64,000 nucleotides of DNA from Amoebidium appalachense. Its lineage: Eukaryota > Protista > Ichthyosporea. A program made the position numbers and the translations under genes. The stretch spans positions 12,240,161 to 12,304,160 of the forward strand of contig CAVNZM010000001.1 of assembly GCA_963693365.1 (NCBI GenBank). The letters are read 5' to 3'. This document shows positions 33,921 to 55,060 of the stretch, piece by piece. Below the pieces are notes generated by a model that did no database searches, was not told where the DNA came from, and saw only the letters and a list, made by a program, of their open reading frames with translations. Numbering within the stretch: position 1 is the first letter of the stretch; each line of letters opens with the position of its first letter.

Positions 33921-34534
33921 CCCCACACTTCCGGGCCCTTCAGGCCTGGCTCCCTTTTCATGTCTCCAATCTATGCGAGTCCTTAATCTATGTCGGAAGT
34001 CCTTTGAACAACTTGATGGGCTGTCGGTAACCCATGGCCACCCAATATTTTAATGACAGTGTTCCGACTGCAACTGCGGATAATTATGTGTACAGAAGTG
34101 TTTTTTATTTATTTAAAAATTTAACCATTAAGTTGACATTCGTTTCCGCTTGAGTTACGTAATACCAACACACAGCAGTGCCCTATATTCAAAACATAGC
34201 ATTACACGTACAATCGTCCCTTAGTGTGTGTGTAAACTGTTACACTCCGAAAATCGTGAAGGGGCAAAGAAGGAATCAGGGAAACACAAGCATCACCTAT
34301 GTTGCACCATACAGATCTCAACCATTCATTCATGATCATCTAAATCACCTTCATGTTATGCAATTCGTGCCGTGTGTGGACTCCTAATTGCAACATCTAA
34401 ACCCATTCACCTAACATGTATAACGGGCACGGGTACAGTCTGTTTTGATAAGTAAAGTGAGCTTCTGGTGTGGGACCGGCGTGCACCCACACAAATTCGC
34501 CGGGTCGCTAGGGCAAAATCAAAAACTGTAAACT

Positions 34535-34581
<47 letters not shown>

Positions 34582-34843
34582 AAAAAAAAAAAAAAGAAAG
34601 AAAGAAGAAAGAAAGAGAAAGAAAGAAAGAAAGAAAGGCAAAAACCAATGATATAAAACACCAGAAACGGTAAAACAATAACAACAACAACAACAACAAC
34701 AAAAAAAAAAAAACGGTAAAAACAATTGTAACTAAACGCCACATTTGTGTCTATTCAGGTCATGAAAAAATTTCTTTTAAAAATTGAAATGAAATGAAAA
34801 ATTGAAAACCCGTAAAAACAATTGTCGCAAACACCACGTTTCC

Positions 34844-42983
<8,140 letters not shown>

Positions 42984-43115
42984 CTATGGTGGTAACGCCA
43001 GTGCGTGCTTTTTCATGTGTGTGTGTGTGCGCGCGCGTGCATGTGTGCGTGTGTGTTTGTGTTTCTTTTCTTTCTTTTTTTTTTTTTTTTCTTTTTCTTT
43101 TTTTTTTTTTTTTGT

Positions 43116-43148
<33 letters not shown>

Positions 43149-43680
43149 AGGGGGCTTCTAACATGCTCAAGGTATTTGGTTATTGGAACCGAAAATTTCG
43201 TTCCTGCTGTTAGTCTCAATGGAGTTTTGCCTTTTCCATTTTATCTTATATACCCAAACATTCATACGCTCACGTACGCGCAAAAGCAAGCACGCACACA
43301 CAAGTGCACGCGCGTGTGCTGCGCCTCTTTCCTCTCCAAATCTTGGTCCATCATGCTCATACAATAAACATCCATCCCCCCCCGCCCCCCCCCCCCCCCC
43401 AAACAAACCGCACCTCCTTCCCCTCCCTCCCCCACCACCCATATTCCACCTACCCCCACCCGATCCATCCACCCGCCAATGGACTCGAACAACTCCACCA
43501 GAAGAAACAAAACAAAAAATCAATGAGAAAAGGAAGAGAGAGAAGGGCACGAACCCCCTTTTATCTTTTTCTTTTTTTTCCCCGGGAGAAGGGGGGGGGG
43601 GGGGGGGGGGAGGTTCCCTTTTTTCTTTTTCTTTTTCTTTTTTTGTTTCTTTTTTTTTTTTCTTTATTTCTTTTTTTTTT

Positions 43681-43723
<43 letters not shown>

Positions 43724-45576
43724 AAATGATAAAAAGAAGGGTGGAATATTGCCAAGTGACCCTTTAGTGGAGTTACGTACGCGTATGATTGGAGTAAAAT
43801 CATATGTAGACGTGGCAACAACAAACTACATCACTTAAACACTGTTGCCAAAAGGTGTTTTTATGTGTGTACCAGCACGTTTGTTTTACTTTGAATGTAC
43901 TGGCACCACTGGCGTGAAAACTGCCTTTTTCGGACCACAATGGGCGAGTTGGGATGCAACTATTGGAGGGGTGATGATGGTGGTGGGGACGGGGTCTGTG
44001 TGGGATGAGGGGGGGGGGGGGGAGGGGGGGGGGGGGAGGGGGGGGGGGGGGGCAACGCGGTTGTGGTGAGTGGGTGTGGTGGGTGGTGATGGTGGCGGCG
44101 GTGGTTGTGGGGGTTTTTTTTTTGGGGGGGGGGGGGGGGGAGGGAGGGGGGGGGGGGGGGGAGGGGGGGGGGGGGGGGAGAGGGGGGAAGGGACAGGGAA
44201 GAAAACGGGTACCTGTAGCCGTTGGACCACCACCGGGGAGAGGGACTGCAGTCCTTTCTGTGCACACTGTAAAGTGCACGTTTAAGTGATCAAGCATCAT
44301 GTTTGCTTGGCCTAAAGACGTTAGTCCTTTTTTTCATTTTCATTTGTGTAGATGAAAGGTTAACTCAAGTCATGCACGGTTTTGCTTTCATCTTTTAGAT
44401 AACTCTGGGACGGAAGGTATAGAATAAAGGACCCACATATAACCTGGTATTTAGCCTGTGCCGTCCTAGTCGAAGCGTTCACAGCCACATGTCAACAAAA
44501 CACAAGCACAAACAGATGTCCAAAATTTGCACGCACATGCAGACATAAACCTAGAGAGCATGCACGAAGCACACCCACACACACATGCACACACACACAC
44601 TATGTATCACGTGTGTGTGTGTGTGTGTCAGTGTGTGGGTGTGTGTGTGTGCGCGTGCGCGTACACACATACGCATTACGAGAGAGAGACCCGAAAGATA
44701 GGTAGAGGAGAAAGGCTTTTTTGGGGGGGGGAGGGGGGGGGGGGGGGGGGGTAAGGTGTGAACTAACGCCATCACGCAACACATTAGCATGTTAGTGTAG
44801 TTACATATTCAAGGGCATACACAAAAGACAAGCACACATACACACAAATGCGCACACAACCGAAAGCCCTACTCCAATGCACGTGCATTTGTCTATTGAA
44901 GACATGCGCGCATGCATACACACCTTGCAAAGACACAGGCACGGGCTTTCCCCTCTCCACATTTTGTGGCAGTGGTTTAGCCAACCGCACACGCAGCATT
45001 CTTAGGCCTCCCACCCTCGTGCCCTGAAAATGTTTTGTGTTTCTAACCGACTAAGCGATGGTCAAAATGAATCTGATCGTGGCCGTCGAGTCCTCTAGCC
45101 GTCGAGTCCTCTGTCATCCACGTGCTAGTACCGGGAACATGGACTCTCTCGAAGTTCGGGCCTAGCTTAAAGATGATCTTCAGAACATCTATGTGCATAC
45201 TATGACAATATGTCATAAGCTCTAGCAGTGGACGCGTGGCTTATGTTGTTTACACCCCGTGCACATACGTACGTGTGGTGTGAGGTGCACCGTGAAACGT
45301 GAAAGTGAAAGTGAAACGTGAAACGTGAGTGTGTGCATGTACACATGATGGCGCAAACAGTTTGGAATGCGGGGCTTCAAATTCTGGGCCAGGGTGTGAA
45401 CGTCAATTGGTCATCATCGGATGTTTTGGTCGATTGTGCACCTCAAGTTTTGATGCGAATGTCACATGTGCATTTGTATTTCAAAATCTATAAACTTGCA
45501 CTGGTATTGTGATTGTTGGTGTTGCATACAACTGTTGCAGTAATATTGTAGGTTTCTATATAGCTTTCAAACGAAC

Positions 45577-45608
<32 letters not shown>

Positions 45609-46098
45609 TACTCTCCCCTCCCAAGAAAAAGGAAGAAAAGAAGGGGGAAAAACCTTTTCACTAGCACACACACACACACACCTGCGCGCACGTATGTGTT
45701 CACGTCCTTGTGTGCCTGTGTGTGTGTGTGGGGGGGGGGGGGGGGGGGGGGGGGGAGGGGGGAGACACTAGGTGTGGCGGTGTGTATCTCTAGATCTGGT
45801 ATGCGCAAGCACACACAAACACTCCGTATAATTGTTCATAACCAAAGAATATTACACTTTATTACATCCATACATTTCTTGTGGGCCAACGGTACTCCTA
45901 TGACAGATACGTTTGCATACGTCTAAAACATGAATAGATTTCAATATGCCTCCAAGTTCGGTTTACAGGGGGCTCGAGCCTCCCCCACTCCCCCCGCCCC
46001 CCCTCTCCCCTCCCCCCCCCCCCCCCCCCAAAAAAAAAAAAAAATATATATATATATTATTAACAAAACAATAGAAATTAAATAAGAAGTAACACGCA

Positions 46099-46171
<73 letters not shown>

Positions 46172-46238
46172 CAACACAGAAGTCACACAGCCACAAATTA
46201 TATCTCCAATCATACTCCCACAAGCTACACATCACGTC

Positions 46239-47020
46239 TCACTCATACGTCTCCGTCTCATGCCCATAGTCCTCCCCATGCACCACACGCACATGCTTCC
46301 TCACCTCCCTACCCCCCACCCCCCTGCACTCAAACACACACCCCTTCCACCTGCACTTGCCCTTGTGAAAATTCCGCATGTGGCGCTTGAAACTTTCCGT
46401 AGTGCGAAAACCCGCACCACACCCATCAACCCCACACATCGCTTCCCAAAAACTGTGATTGTCAACCTTTCCTGACGATGAAATGTGCCGTTGAAATTTT
46501 GACCGCGAGCTGAAAGGGTGGGGTTTTTCACACCGCTGCCGAGCACACACGTATGGCCACCAAGCAGTGTGTGCGTACTTGACGTGATTGGAGACAGCGA
46601 CAGAATCCACATACTTTTTCGTCCCCCACGATTTGATTGGGCACGACTCGTGCTTTGTGGGTGTAACTTCGGCATCTTTTTCGTGCAAATTGGTGGTGGG
46701 GGGGTTTGGCCTGTTTCGTGTGTTTTTTCGGTGGGCGGAGCGGGGTTTTGCGCGGTGCCATGTGATGCCTGTGATCCAAATTTCATCCTGAGAATGCGGC
46801 GTAGAGGTGTATTGTCTTCTTCGTGTTTTCGTTTTTTGGAGCGCGTCACCACACCCGTGTCGGAAATGCTCCCCTTTTCGTTTTCATCGATTGCTGTTGT
46901 GTGTTTGGGGCTGGTTGGTGTGGAAGGAATTGCATGTGACGGTGGTTTCGTGGGAGGGTCATCTGATTTCTGTGGAAAGAGAAGGAGTGTGAGTGGACCG
47001 AGGTATTAGGAACGTGTGTC

Positions 47021-47087
<67 letters not shown>

Positions 47088-49320
47088 ATGTGGATGTGTG
47101 CGTGTGTGTATGTGTATGGATTTGTGTGTGTGCACGAGTGGATGGAGCGCGTGCACATAAACACACACGCAGGGCCGGCAAGAAAGAGCCGGAGTCAACA
47201 ACCCACCAGAACAGAATTCGTGTGATGGTGCTCGCGAATTCACCGATTTCAGATCCCTTATTGAAATTGCCGGCTCAAAAGTGAGGCCTAGCCATCCTAT
47301 GTTGGCCATAGTCCAAATTCGTTTTTACTCACTAAAGCCAAAACTATGAATAGGAAACAGGCCTTGGCGCTTAATAAAAATTGTAAAAAATAAAGCGACA
47401 CACATTGTTTATATAAGCAACATAGGGTGTCCGGCGCGTTTTTGGAGGTCAAAACAGGCAAAAACACATCTTTTGCTATATGCGATCGACTCCCGCCGTC
47501 AGTCAGTCGGCAGTCAGGCTGGCCCCTGCCGGAGGCGGTTTTGGCTGGTTTTAGCTGATTTTGGCGTTGAAGAAGACGTCGGATACCCCAGACCGCCTAT
47601 ATCAAGTTTGCGCGTCTTTTTATACCCTACAACTTTACTTAGAGAGTGAAGACCTCGTTTCTAAGTGAAATCGATTGAACTTGCATTGAGAGGCAGTAGA
47701 TTGGTATTTGGCCCCGATCTTAGGCCCCACTTTTTGGCCAATCAGATCTGAGACCGGTGAATTCGAAGGGGAAAGGGCCGGGGGGGGGGGGGGGGGAGGG
47801 GAGGGGGAGGGGGGGGGGGGGGGGCTGTGGCTAACGTGAAATTTGAAAGACAGACTGAGCCTGGGTGTACGTGTAGGTCTCTGTCTGTGTGTGAATATGC
47901 GTGTGCGTGTGTGTTTGCGTGTACATGTGGTGTGCGTGTGTGCGGGCGCGCGCCTGTGTCCTTACCTCCCGCCCCCTGTTTCTGCAAATGTGTGTGTGTC
48001 TCGAGGGAGGGGAAGGGGGGTGTGTGCATGCGCGCATGCTTTTGAGTGCTTTTACTTTTCTTTTCTGTTCTTTCTCTTTTCTTTTTTCCTTTTTTTTTGG
48101 GGGGGGGGGGGGGAGAGGAGGGGGGGTTTACCTGGGCATCGCCCCCAGTGGGCAGTCTATGCACCAACACCTCGTGCACACGCCTGAACTCATCCACACC
48201 TACACGTGCCTTCCTCTCCCTTCACCGCCCTCCTCTCCTTCTCTTCCGATTCCAAAAGGGCCCTATACGCCTCGTCTGCCTCCTTCTCAAATTTTGACTT
48301 TTCACTCTCGACCAAATTGCACAATTGTGCGTGCTCTGGGCTGCCGGGCCACACTTCCGAAATCTGTCGGAGAATATTCCGAAAAATGTTTTTTGCGCTT
48401 AGAATTTCCGCGTTTTTCGCGTTTGTGGTGGATGTGATTGGGAAGGATATGACGTCATTGGGGGGCTCCTCTGGCTGAGCGTCAGGTGGCAGGGTGAGGC
48501 TGGTCACTACACAATCGACAAATTCGGAAATCAAATTTCCGAAATTTTCAGGAAGAAAATTCCCGTTTTCACCCTGTGTATCGGGTGTGTTCATGGTGTT
48601 TTGGATGGATTTGGTGAGTGTGTTGGTGCATGCGGACACCAAATATGCACGTGCGTCGTCGGAGTATTGTTTTGCAATGCGCGCTAGTGTTCACACGCCC
48701 GCTTTTGATTGGTTGACAGGATCACCTCCATTCGTTACCGCGGCAACGGTTGCAGCGACAGAAATCAAGGTCACTGATTGGCCGTGGGCGGTGTGCGTGT
48801 CGGTGAAGGCGGGATGGGTGCTGAGTCGGTGTGCCTGTGTGTGTGTGTGTATGGGTGGGTGAATGGGTGGGGTCGGGTGTGTGGTTGGGGTTGGGTGGGT
48901 GGGTGGGGGGAGGGAGGGGGGGGAGGGGGATTGTGTACGTGTGTGTGGGGGGGAGGGGGTATGTGTGTGTGTGTGTACGTGTGTGTGTGTGTGTGTGTGT
49001 GCGTGTGTTGTGTAAAGGTGTATGTGTGTGTGTGTGTGTGTTTGTGTTGTGGGGAGTGATGGGGACGAACAAGGGAGTAGGAGGGGGGTGGTGGAGGGTG
49101 GGAACGAGAGAGAGGGGAGGGATTGGAGAGCGTGAGTGCGAAAGAGGTAGAGACAGAAAAAGAGAGAGTGTGTGTGTTTGTGGACGTGTGTATGTGTGTG
49201 TGTGTGGGGGGGGGGGGGGGGAGGGGGGGGGATTGACGAGAAGGAAAGAGACGGGGGGGGGGGGGGGGGGAGGGAGGATGAGAGAAGCAGGGAGAAAAGG
49301 AGAACGGGGGGTATGGGAGT

Positions 49321-49351
<31 letters not shown>

Positions 49352-49702
49352 GGGGGGAGAAAGAATTAGAGTGAGAGAAGGGAGGAGAGAAGGGGTAAGG
49401 ACGGAGACAGAAAAAGGATTCCCAAATCGAGTATACACGTGATATCTGGAAACGAACAGACTTGTTGATTCAGAAAGGCTTCCGATTGCTCTGAAAGGCA
49501 AAAAACTTTGTCGATTCGAGAAACGGATGAATATTTGCACGGGTTGGTTAGTGCTTAATATAAAACACCGTGCAGGGGAAGATTGGCATAGTCTTACAGT
49601 AATACAAGGGATAGGCATGTGGGCGTGTGGTGACCATGGTGGTGGAGATGTGTGCGTGTGTGGGCGGCGGGGGGAGGTGGGAGGGGGGGGGGAGGGGGGG
49701 GA

Positions 49703-49742
<40 letters not shown>

Positions 49743-49937
49743 GCTTTTCGTTTTTTATGCCTTCCGCCGACATCAACAAAAAACAACGACAAAGCCCAAA
49801 ACAATACCTGAACACATGTACGATAGCAAGAGAAATGGGCAGGTTACTTGTTTTTCATCCTCTTTTATTTTACTGCGTGTGTGTGTGGGGGGGGGGGGGG
49901 GGGGGGGGGGGAGAAGGGGGGAAGGGGGAAGGCGGAA

Positions 49938-49971
<34 letters not shown>

Positions 49972-50289
49972 AAGAGCTAGTACCTGCACCCAAAGTTCAT
50001 CATCGACACGAGACATTGCCGATGCACAGTCTTCGATTTGCGCAAACGATGCAGCCAGATTTCCCGCTATTTTGCTGGCAGACAGACGGAAGAGGGAGGA
50101 GAGAGTATAGTCATTGTGCGCGAGTAGAAGGCCTACGGCGGTGGCTAGTTTTCTGTCTGTTTGGGTTGGGTGGGGGCCTGGAGAGAGGAAGGATTGGAGT
50201 GCTTGCTTGGCGCGGTTGATTTGAATGTTGTTGTGGCTGAAAAGAAAGTCAATCTCGGAGAGAGCGGAGAACTCTAAAACAAGGGCTGC
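46239..50289 (-). pseudogene. Module copy A with Lys/Arg-rich tail and 3-4 C2H2-type zinc fingers; disrupted
   Basis: Exons 50289-49984 (306 nt), 48834-48132 (703 nt; in-frame TGA at 48693-48691, one extra base near 48220) and 46969-46239 (731 nt; one base missing at the G7 run near 46700). Fingers CGVDGC..F.....FKRHMRNFH and CRWKGC..........RKHVRVVH, plus degenerate CARQRC...FQRH and CPIKSW...HVKYAH. Confidence 0.75.
47241..47759 (+). mobile_element. MITE family 2, copy 2 (519 bp), flanked by AATT
   Basis: AATT|CACCGATTTCAGATC ... GATCTGAGACCGGTG|AATT: imperfect 15-bp TIR, with a subterminal AAAAGTGAGGCCTA / TAGGCCCCACTTTT inverted match. Confidence 0.85.
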
Positions 50290-50801
50290 CTGCAAGAGGG
50301 GAGGAGGGAGGGAGGGAGGGAGGGAGGGAGGGGGGGGGGGGGGGGGGGGGAGGAAGGGAAAGAGGGAGGGGGGGGGGAAAGAGGGGGGGGGGAGGAGGGA
50401 AGGTTAGAATGCGTTAGAGAAGTGCTGTGGCTATTCACCATTTATGGGAATGGATTAGGATGCAGGCATAGCGCGTATGCAGCATATGTGTTTATAGTTT
50501 TGATTATAATGATTATCGGATATGCACCATATATCGTAATGAATTAAGGTGTAGGAGTAATGGCAACGTGCCATACATGGTTATGAACACGAATATATTG
50601 CCAGCACCATGCAAATAATTGCCGGGGAGGAGGGGGCGGGGGGGAGAGGGGGGGGGGGGGGGGAGAGAGAGAGAGGGGGGGGAGGGGGGGGGGGGGGGGG
50701 GGGGGGCTGGCGGGGACGGGGTCAGAAAGAACTTTTTTCCTGTTTCTTCTTCTTCGCCTGCATTACACTATTCTTTACTATGACTTTTTTATTTCTGCCC
50801 G

Positions 50802-50838
<37 letters not shown>

Positions 50839-50980
50839 GAGCACGAGAAACAAATATACTGGGTGGGTATGCTTGGTAGCAATGAAGTTTCGGTCAGTCT
50901 ACAAACCATTGAGTTACGATGTGTGCTTAAAGGTGTTGCCACAACATCCAACTCACAAAACCAGAAAAACACCGGGGGAA

Positions 50981-51011
<31 letters not shown>

Positions 51012-51039
51012 GGGCTGTGTTCTTTTCTTTTACTTTTAC

Positions 51040-51103
<64 letters not shown>

Positions 51104-51110
51104 TACACAC

Positions 51111-51899
51111 TTAATCAACCTTGCGGTTGGTGGTGGCTGTTTTCATTGCAGAAAGCGCCGACTTTAAGGAGTCCATTAAAACCTGTGGATGCAAACAGTA
51201 TGTGAGAACTCAACTGATTGGTGGATATTTTGCGCAAACAACCGACATTGGAATGTGCAACTTAGCGTGTTGTTTCCAAGACGACCAATCATATGCCGTT
51301 CTTTAGGGAAACGGGGGATTAATTGCAGGGGACATCGTTATCCTTCCGCTGATCGCCGGCACGTTTGCACTTGTATCAATATGACGTAATAGCCACGTCA
51401 CAGTTACGTCATGACAAGACGTGACGTCATAGAGATTAACTTGTGAGAGCTACATCGGTATTTCTCAAGCATTTCTTTATAAGGCAATCGCGTAACTTCC
51501 AAAAATAGACATTGCAGCATATATAGGCAAAGCCAACCATGTAGTCTGACGTCACCGTGACGTCGTATCAACCAGGTCATTTGCGTCACACCGAGACAAA
51601 GCCAAAAGTGTATCCCTTACAAAGCGCCAATACTTCTTTATTTTCTTTTCTTTCTTCCCCCCCCCCCCCCCAAACCACCACCACCACCGCCGCCGCCGCC
51701 ACCACCAACACACCCACCCTCCCCATCCGCTCCCCGGAAGCTTGTTGTTGCAGTTGTTGCTATCGGTGGTGGTGGTGGTGTCGTTTTTTTTTTTTTTTTT
51801 TTTAAGGGGTGGTGGTGGTGGGATGGGGTGGGGGTGGTGGTGGTGGTGGTGGTGGTGGTGGTGGTTTGGGCGGCAGGGGGGGGGGAGGGGGGAGGGGGG

Positions 51900-51935
<36 letters not shown>

Positions 51936-52487
51936 TTGCAGGCGCAGTAAGCAGGTGACGGGATGGTGGTGTTCGTGGAAAGGGGGGTTGGGTGAGGGTG
52001 GGAGGGTGTGTGTGTTTGAGGGTGGGGAGGCAGGAGAGCAGGGGGAAAGGGGGGGGGGGGGGGGGGGGGGGAGGGGGGGGGGGGGAAGGAAGGGGAGGGG
52101 ACAGCCAGAGAAAGTTGCATGGACGGAGCGGGAGAGATGGAAGGGGGGGGCGGGCGGGGCGGAGGGGGGGGGGGGGGGAGGGGGGGGGAGGGGGGGGGGG
52201 GGGGGGGGGGTACCCACGTTCTCCGGCAGGGTGGTGGGGTGAGCCTCTTTCAGGAGACGAAACACTTCCTTACGCCACTGCAATGTATCCCCCTGTTTTT
52301 CCACTACCCCCCTCTGTTTCTCTGCATCAATTTGTCTCTTTTTCAAATTTTTCGATGCCATTTTCGACCGCGTAACCTCCCCATCAAGCGCCTCACTTAT
52401 GGCGTCTGGTCCACCGAGGTCCCCCCATTGCTCGGAAACATGAACCGTGACCGAAAATACCAAATCGGCCATGGAAATTTCGGTTGG

Positions 52488-52523
<36 letters not shown>

Positions 52524-53615
52524 GTGTTGTTTACGTCCGTGAGGTTGAGAACACTTACCGAATATTCCATTGGGCCGCAGCCATGACGGTGGGGTCACTG
52601 TGACGTCACCAAGTGCCCCCATGATCAAATCCTTCATCGCACCACCAACGCCCTTCCACACGTCCGGCACCGACACCACATGATGAATTTCATCTTGAAC
52701 CCCCCTCTGCACGTTTTCAATCACCTTACCCACCACCCTTTCCTTTGCCGCCGGAATGTACTCTTGCGCAATTCTACTTAACCCCCACATGCCGATCAAT
52801 ATCCCCCCCGACGAAATGACGGCTTGAAACGCTGCCGCGGTAGCCAGAGCTGTTGTGATTTCTCCGTTTTCATTGCAGAGATCTGGCATGGCAGGGTGGG
52901 AGACACAGCTCATCGCCTGTTAACGGGGAAAATGGGTTAATAAGTGGGTTGTTACGGGGTAATCGGGCTATCACAGAAGGATGTATCATTACATGGGATA
53001 TTGCGGGGAAAGGGGTTATGATACAACCGGGAAAATGGGTTATAACGGAAAAAGGGTTATTACGGAGAAAGTATGATTATGGGAGTCGGTTGAGTGCGCT
53101 ATTACCAAAAACTCCAACGACTTCAATGGTTGTTTGTTACTTAATCCGGGGACGGACGGGGGGGGGGGGAGAGGGTGGGGGGAAGGGGGGGGGGGGGGGA
53201 CAACCAAAAAACGAACAACTAATAAATCGCGCTTGGCTGATTTTTCTTTTACCCAATCACAGCATGCCATAATGCATCGAACTCCAAATTGGAAAGAATG
53301 TGGCAATTTTGACACTTTTTCTTTGCAATTTGTCGTTCTTAGCTGACGTCCTTAGCAAATGTCTGGCATGTAGATTTTTGTCTTTCGGGCCCTTTACAAA
53401 AGAGTTACCTCTCCTGCATGGTCTCAATAAAAATGAGAGGACCACATAATCCTGAGCAGCCCCCCCCCCCCCCACAAACAAACAAACAAACAAACAAACA
53501 AACAAAAAAAAAAAAAAAGAAAAGAAAGAAAGAAAGGGGAAATAAAACACACACAAACACTTGCATGCACGGTACAACGCACACACAGACGCACAGACAT
53601 ACACACAAACACACA

Positions 53616-53672
<57 letters not shown>

Positions 53673-53708
53673 ACACACGTCACACACACACCATACGCAC
53701 ACACACGT

Positions 53709-53800
<92 letters not shown>

Positions 53801-54225
53801 ACACCCACACCTGCATCACAACTGCCGCCTTTGCCTCCTCGATCACCTTGTCAAACTTTGGAAGATGCCGCAGAAAATGCGCCAGTCTCAAGCACACCGA
53901 ATCCCCCGCACACACCTCCTCCATTTTCACCCCAGCTTCCCGGAAAAACCCCTTGACGTTGTCCCAGAGAGTCACCATCAGCCCTGTGGCTGTTGACTCG
54001 TTTACGTCAAGTCCACCCTCCACAGGAAAACAAATCTCAAGAAGGTGGTCGAACAGAATTTCTTGATCACAAAAGGAAGAGCCGTGCATCAGACCATTAG
54101 AGAGGCTGGCAAGAGCTTTGTCCTCCTATGTGTGTGTGGGGGGGGAGAGAGAGCAGGGGAGGCCGAGAGAGGGGGGGGGGGGGGGGGAGGCGTGTGTGCA
54201 CGCGTGTGCGTACATATTGTGTGTG

Positions 54226-54269
<44 letters not shown>

Positions 54270-54774
54270 TGTGAGTGTGATAATGGGTGGGGTGGGCTTT
54301 TTTTTTTTTGGGGGGGGGGGGGGGGACGAAGAGGAGGGGGTGGGAGAAAGGGGGGGGGGGGGGTAGGGAGGGGGGCCGAGGGGGAAGGGTTTCAGCAGAA
54401 TGTCCTGCCGAAGTAGGCTGCTGCAAATATCCCTCCCCTGGGCCCTCCTCCCCTCCCCCCCCCCCCCCCCCCCCTGGCACCACCACCTTTTCAGTTTCGA
54501 TCGCTCCCCCCTCCCTCCCTTCCTCCCCCCCCCCCCCCCCCCCCCCCTTCTGTTTTCCCAGCTCCCTCCCCTCTCTCCCCCTCTCCCTTCCCTTGCCATC
54601 CTTGCGAGCGGAAAAAACTAACAACCTGTTGTGGGGTTGATTTTTCAAAATCTCGAGTGAAATGAAATGGCAACGGACATGCATTTTATGGCTCGTCAAC
54701 CAATACAACACACTCAGGAGGGCAGTAGAGGGCTGCCTCTCCAAGGGAATAACAAGAAAGGGAGGAGGGGAGGA

Positions 54775-54811
<37 letters not shown>

Positions 54812-55060
54812 TCGATTGAAAGAGCTATGGAAGCTGCTCTGGCATTGCGAAGCGACTGCAGATTCAAATTTCGAATCCACACTAACTTCGCCCAAACTAA
54901 CGAGAATCAAGAATAAAAAGTCTGGGAGGAATCACAAAATTACCTGAGCGAACTGTGCGTTAAGCTCGTCTTCGTTTGTCGGGGCTCCTGCCAGTCTTTT
55001 CACCTCTCCTTGTGCTTGAAACCCCTCCCCAGCATCTGCCATCACCTCACTTTGCTCCAT
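51111..55060 (-). CDS. Uncharacterised 400 aa protein, module copy B (helical region plus coiled coil); apparently intact
   Basis: Phase-0 exons 55060-54944 (MEQSEV...AQFAQ), 54125-53811 (EDKALAS...AAVVMQ), 52916-52218 (AMSCVSHPAM...TTLPEN) and 51182-51111 (VLMDSLKSALSAMKTATTNRKVD*). No internal stop or frameshift. The last exon is less certain. Confidence 0.65.
51382..51588. promoter_or_regulatory. Cluster of CRE/bZIP-type motifs
   Basis: TGACGTAA 51382, CACGTCA 51394, TTACGTCA 51404, TGACGTCA 51422, TGACGTCA 51547, TGACGTCG 51558, TGCGTCA 51582. Confidence 0.4.
52921..53070. repeat. Degenerate minisatellite, unit of about 17-18 nt resembling ACGGGGAAAATGGGTTAT
   Basis: Several imperfect copies seen directly, inside the intron next to the acceptor at 52917. 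Confidence 0.5.

Noticed and set aside
45135-45190. Minus-strand CTGAAGA...CGAAC...GTC resembling a hammerhead
   Set aside because: GAAA is incomplete, stems I and II do not pair, and there is no second copy in the window.
45292-45328. (GTGAAA/GTGAAAC)n short tandem run
   Set aside because: Only 5-6 units with no supporting context; not distinguishable from ordinary simple-repeat noise.
46690-46710. Programmed -1 frameshift joining the basic tail to the zinc fingers
   Set aside because: A C7 run is not a canonical slippery heptamer and the same unit has other lesions; mutation or a homopolymer error is simpler.
52481-52558. Apparent 78-nt intron with a GTAAGT donor inside unit B
   Set aside because: No AG at the expected acceptor (ACCG), it is in frame without stops, and retaining it gives a 699-nt exon matching the corrected paralogous exons (699 and 702 nt).
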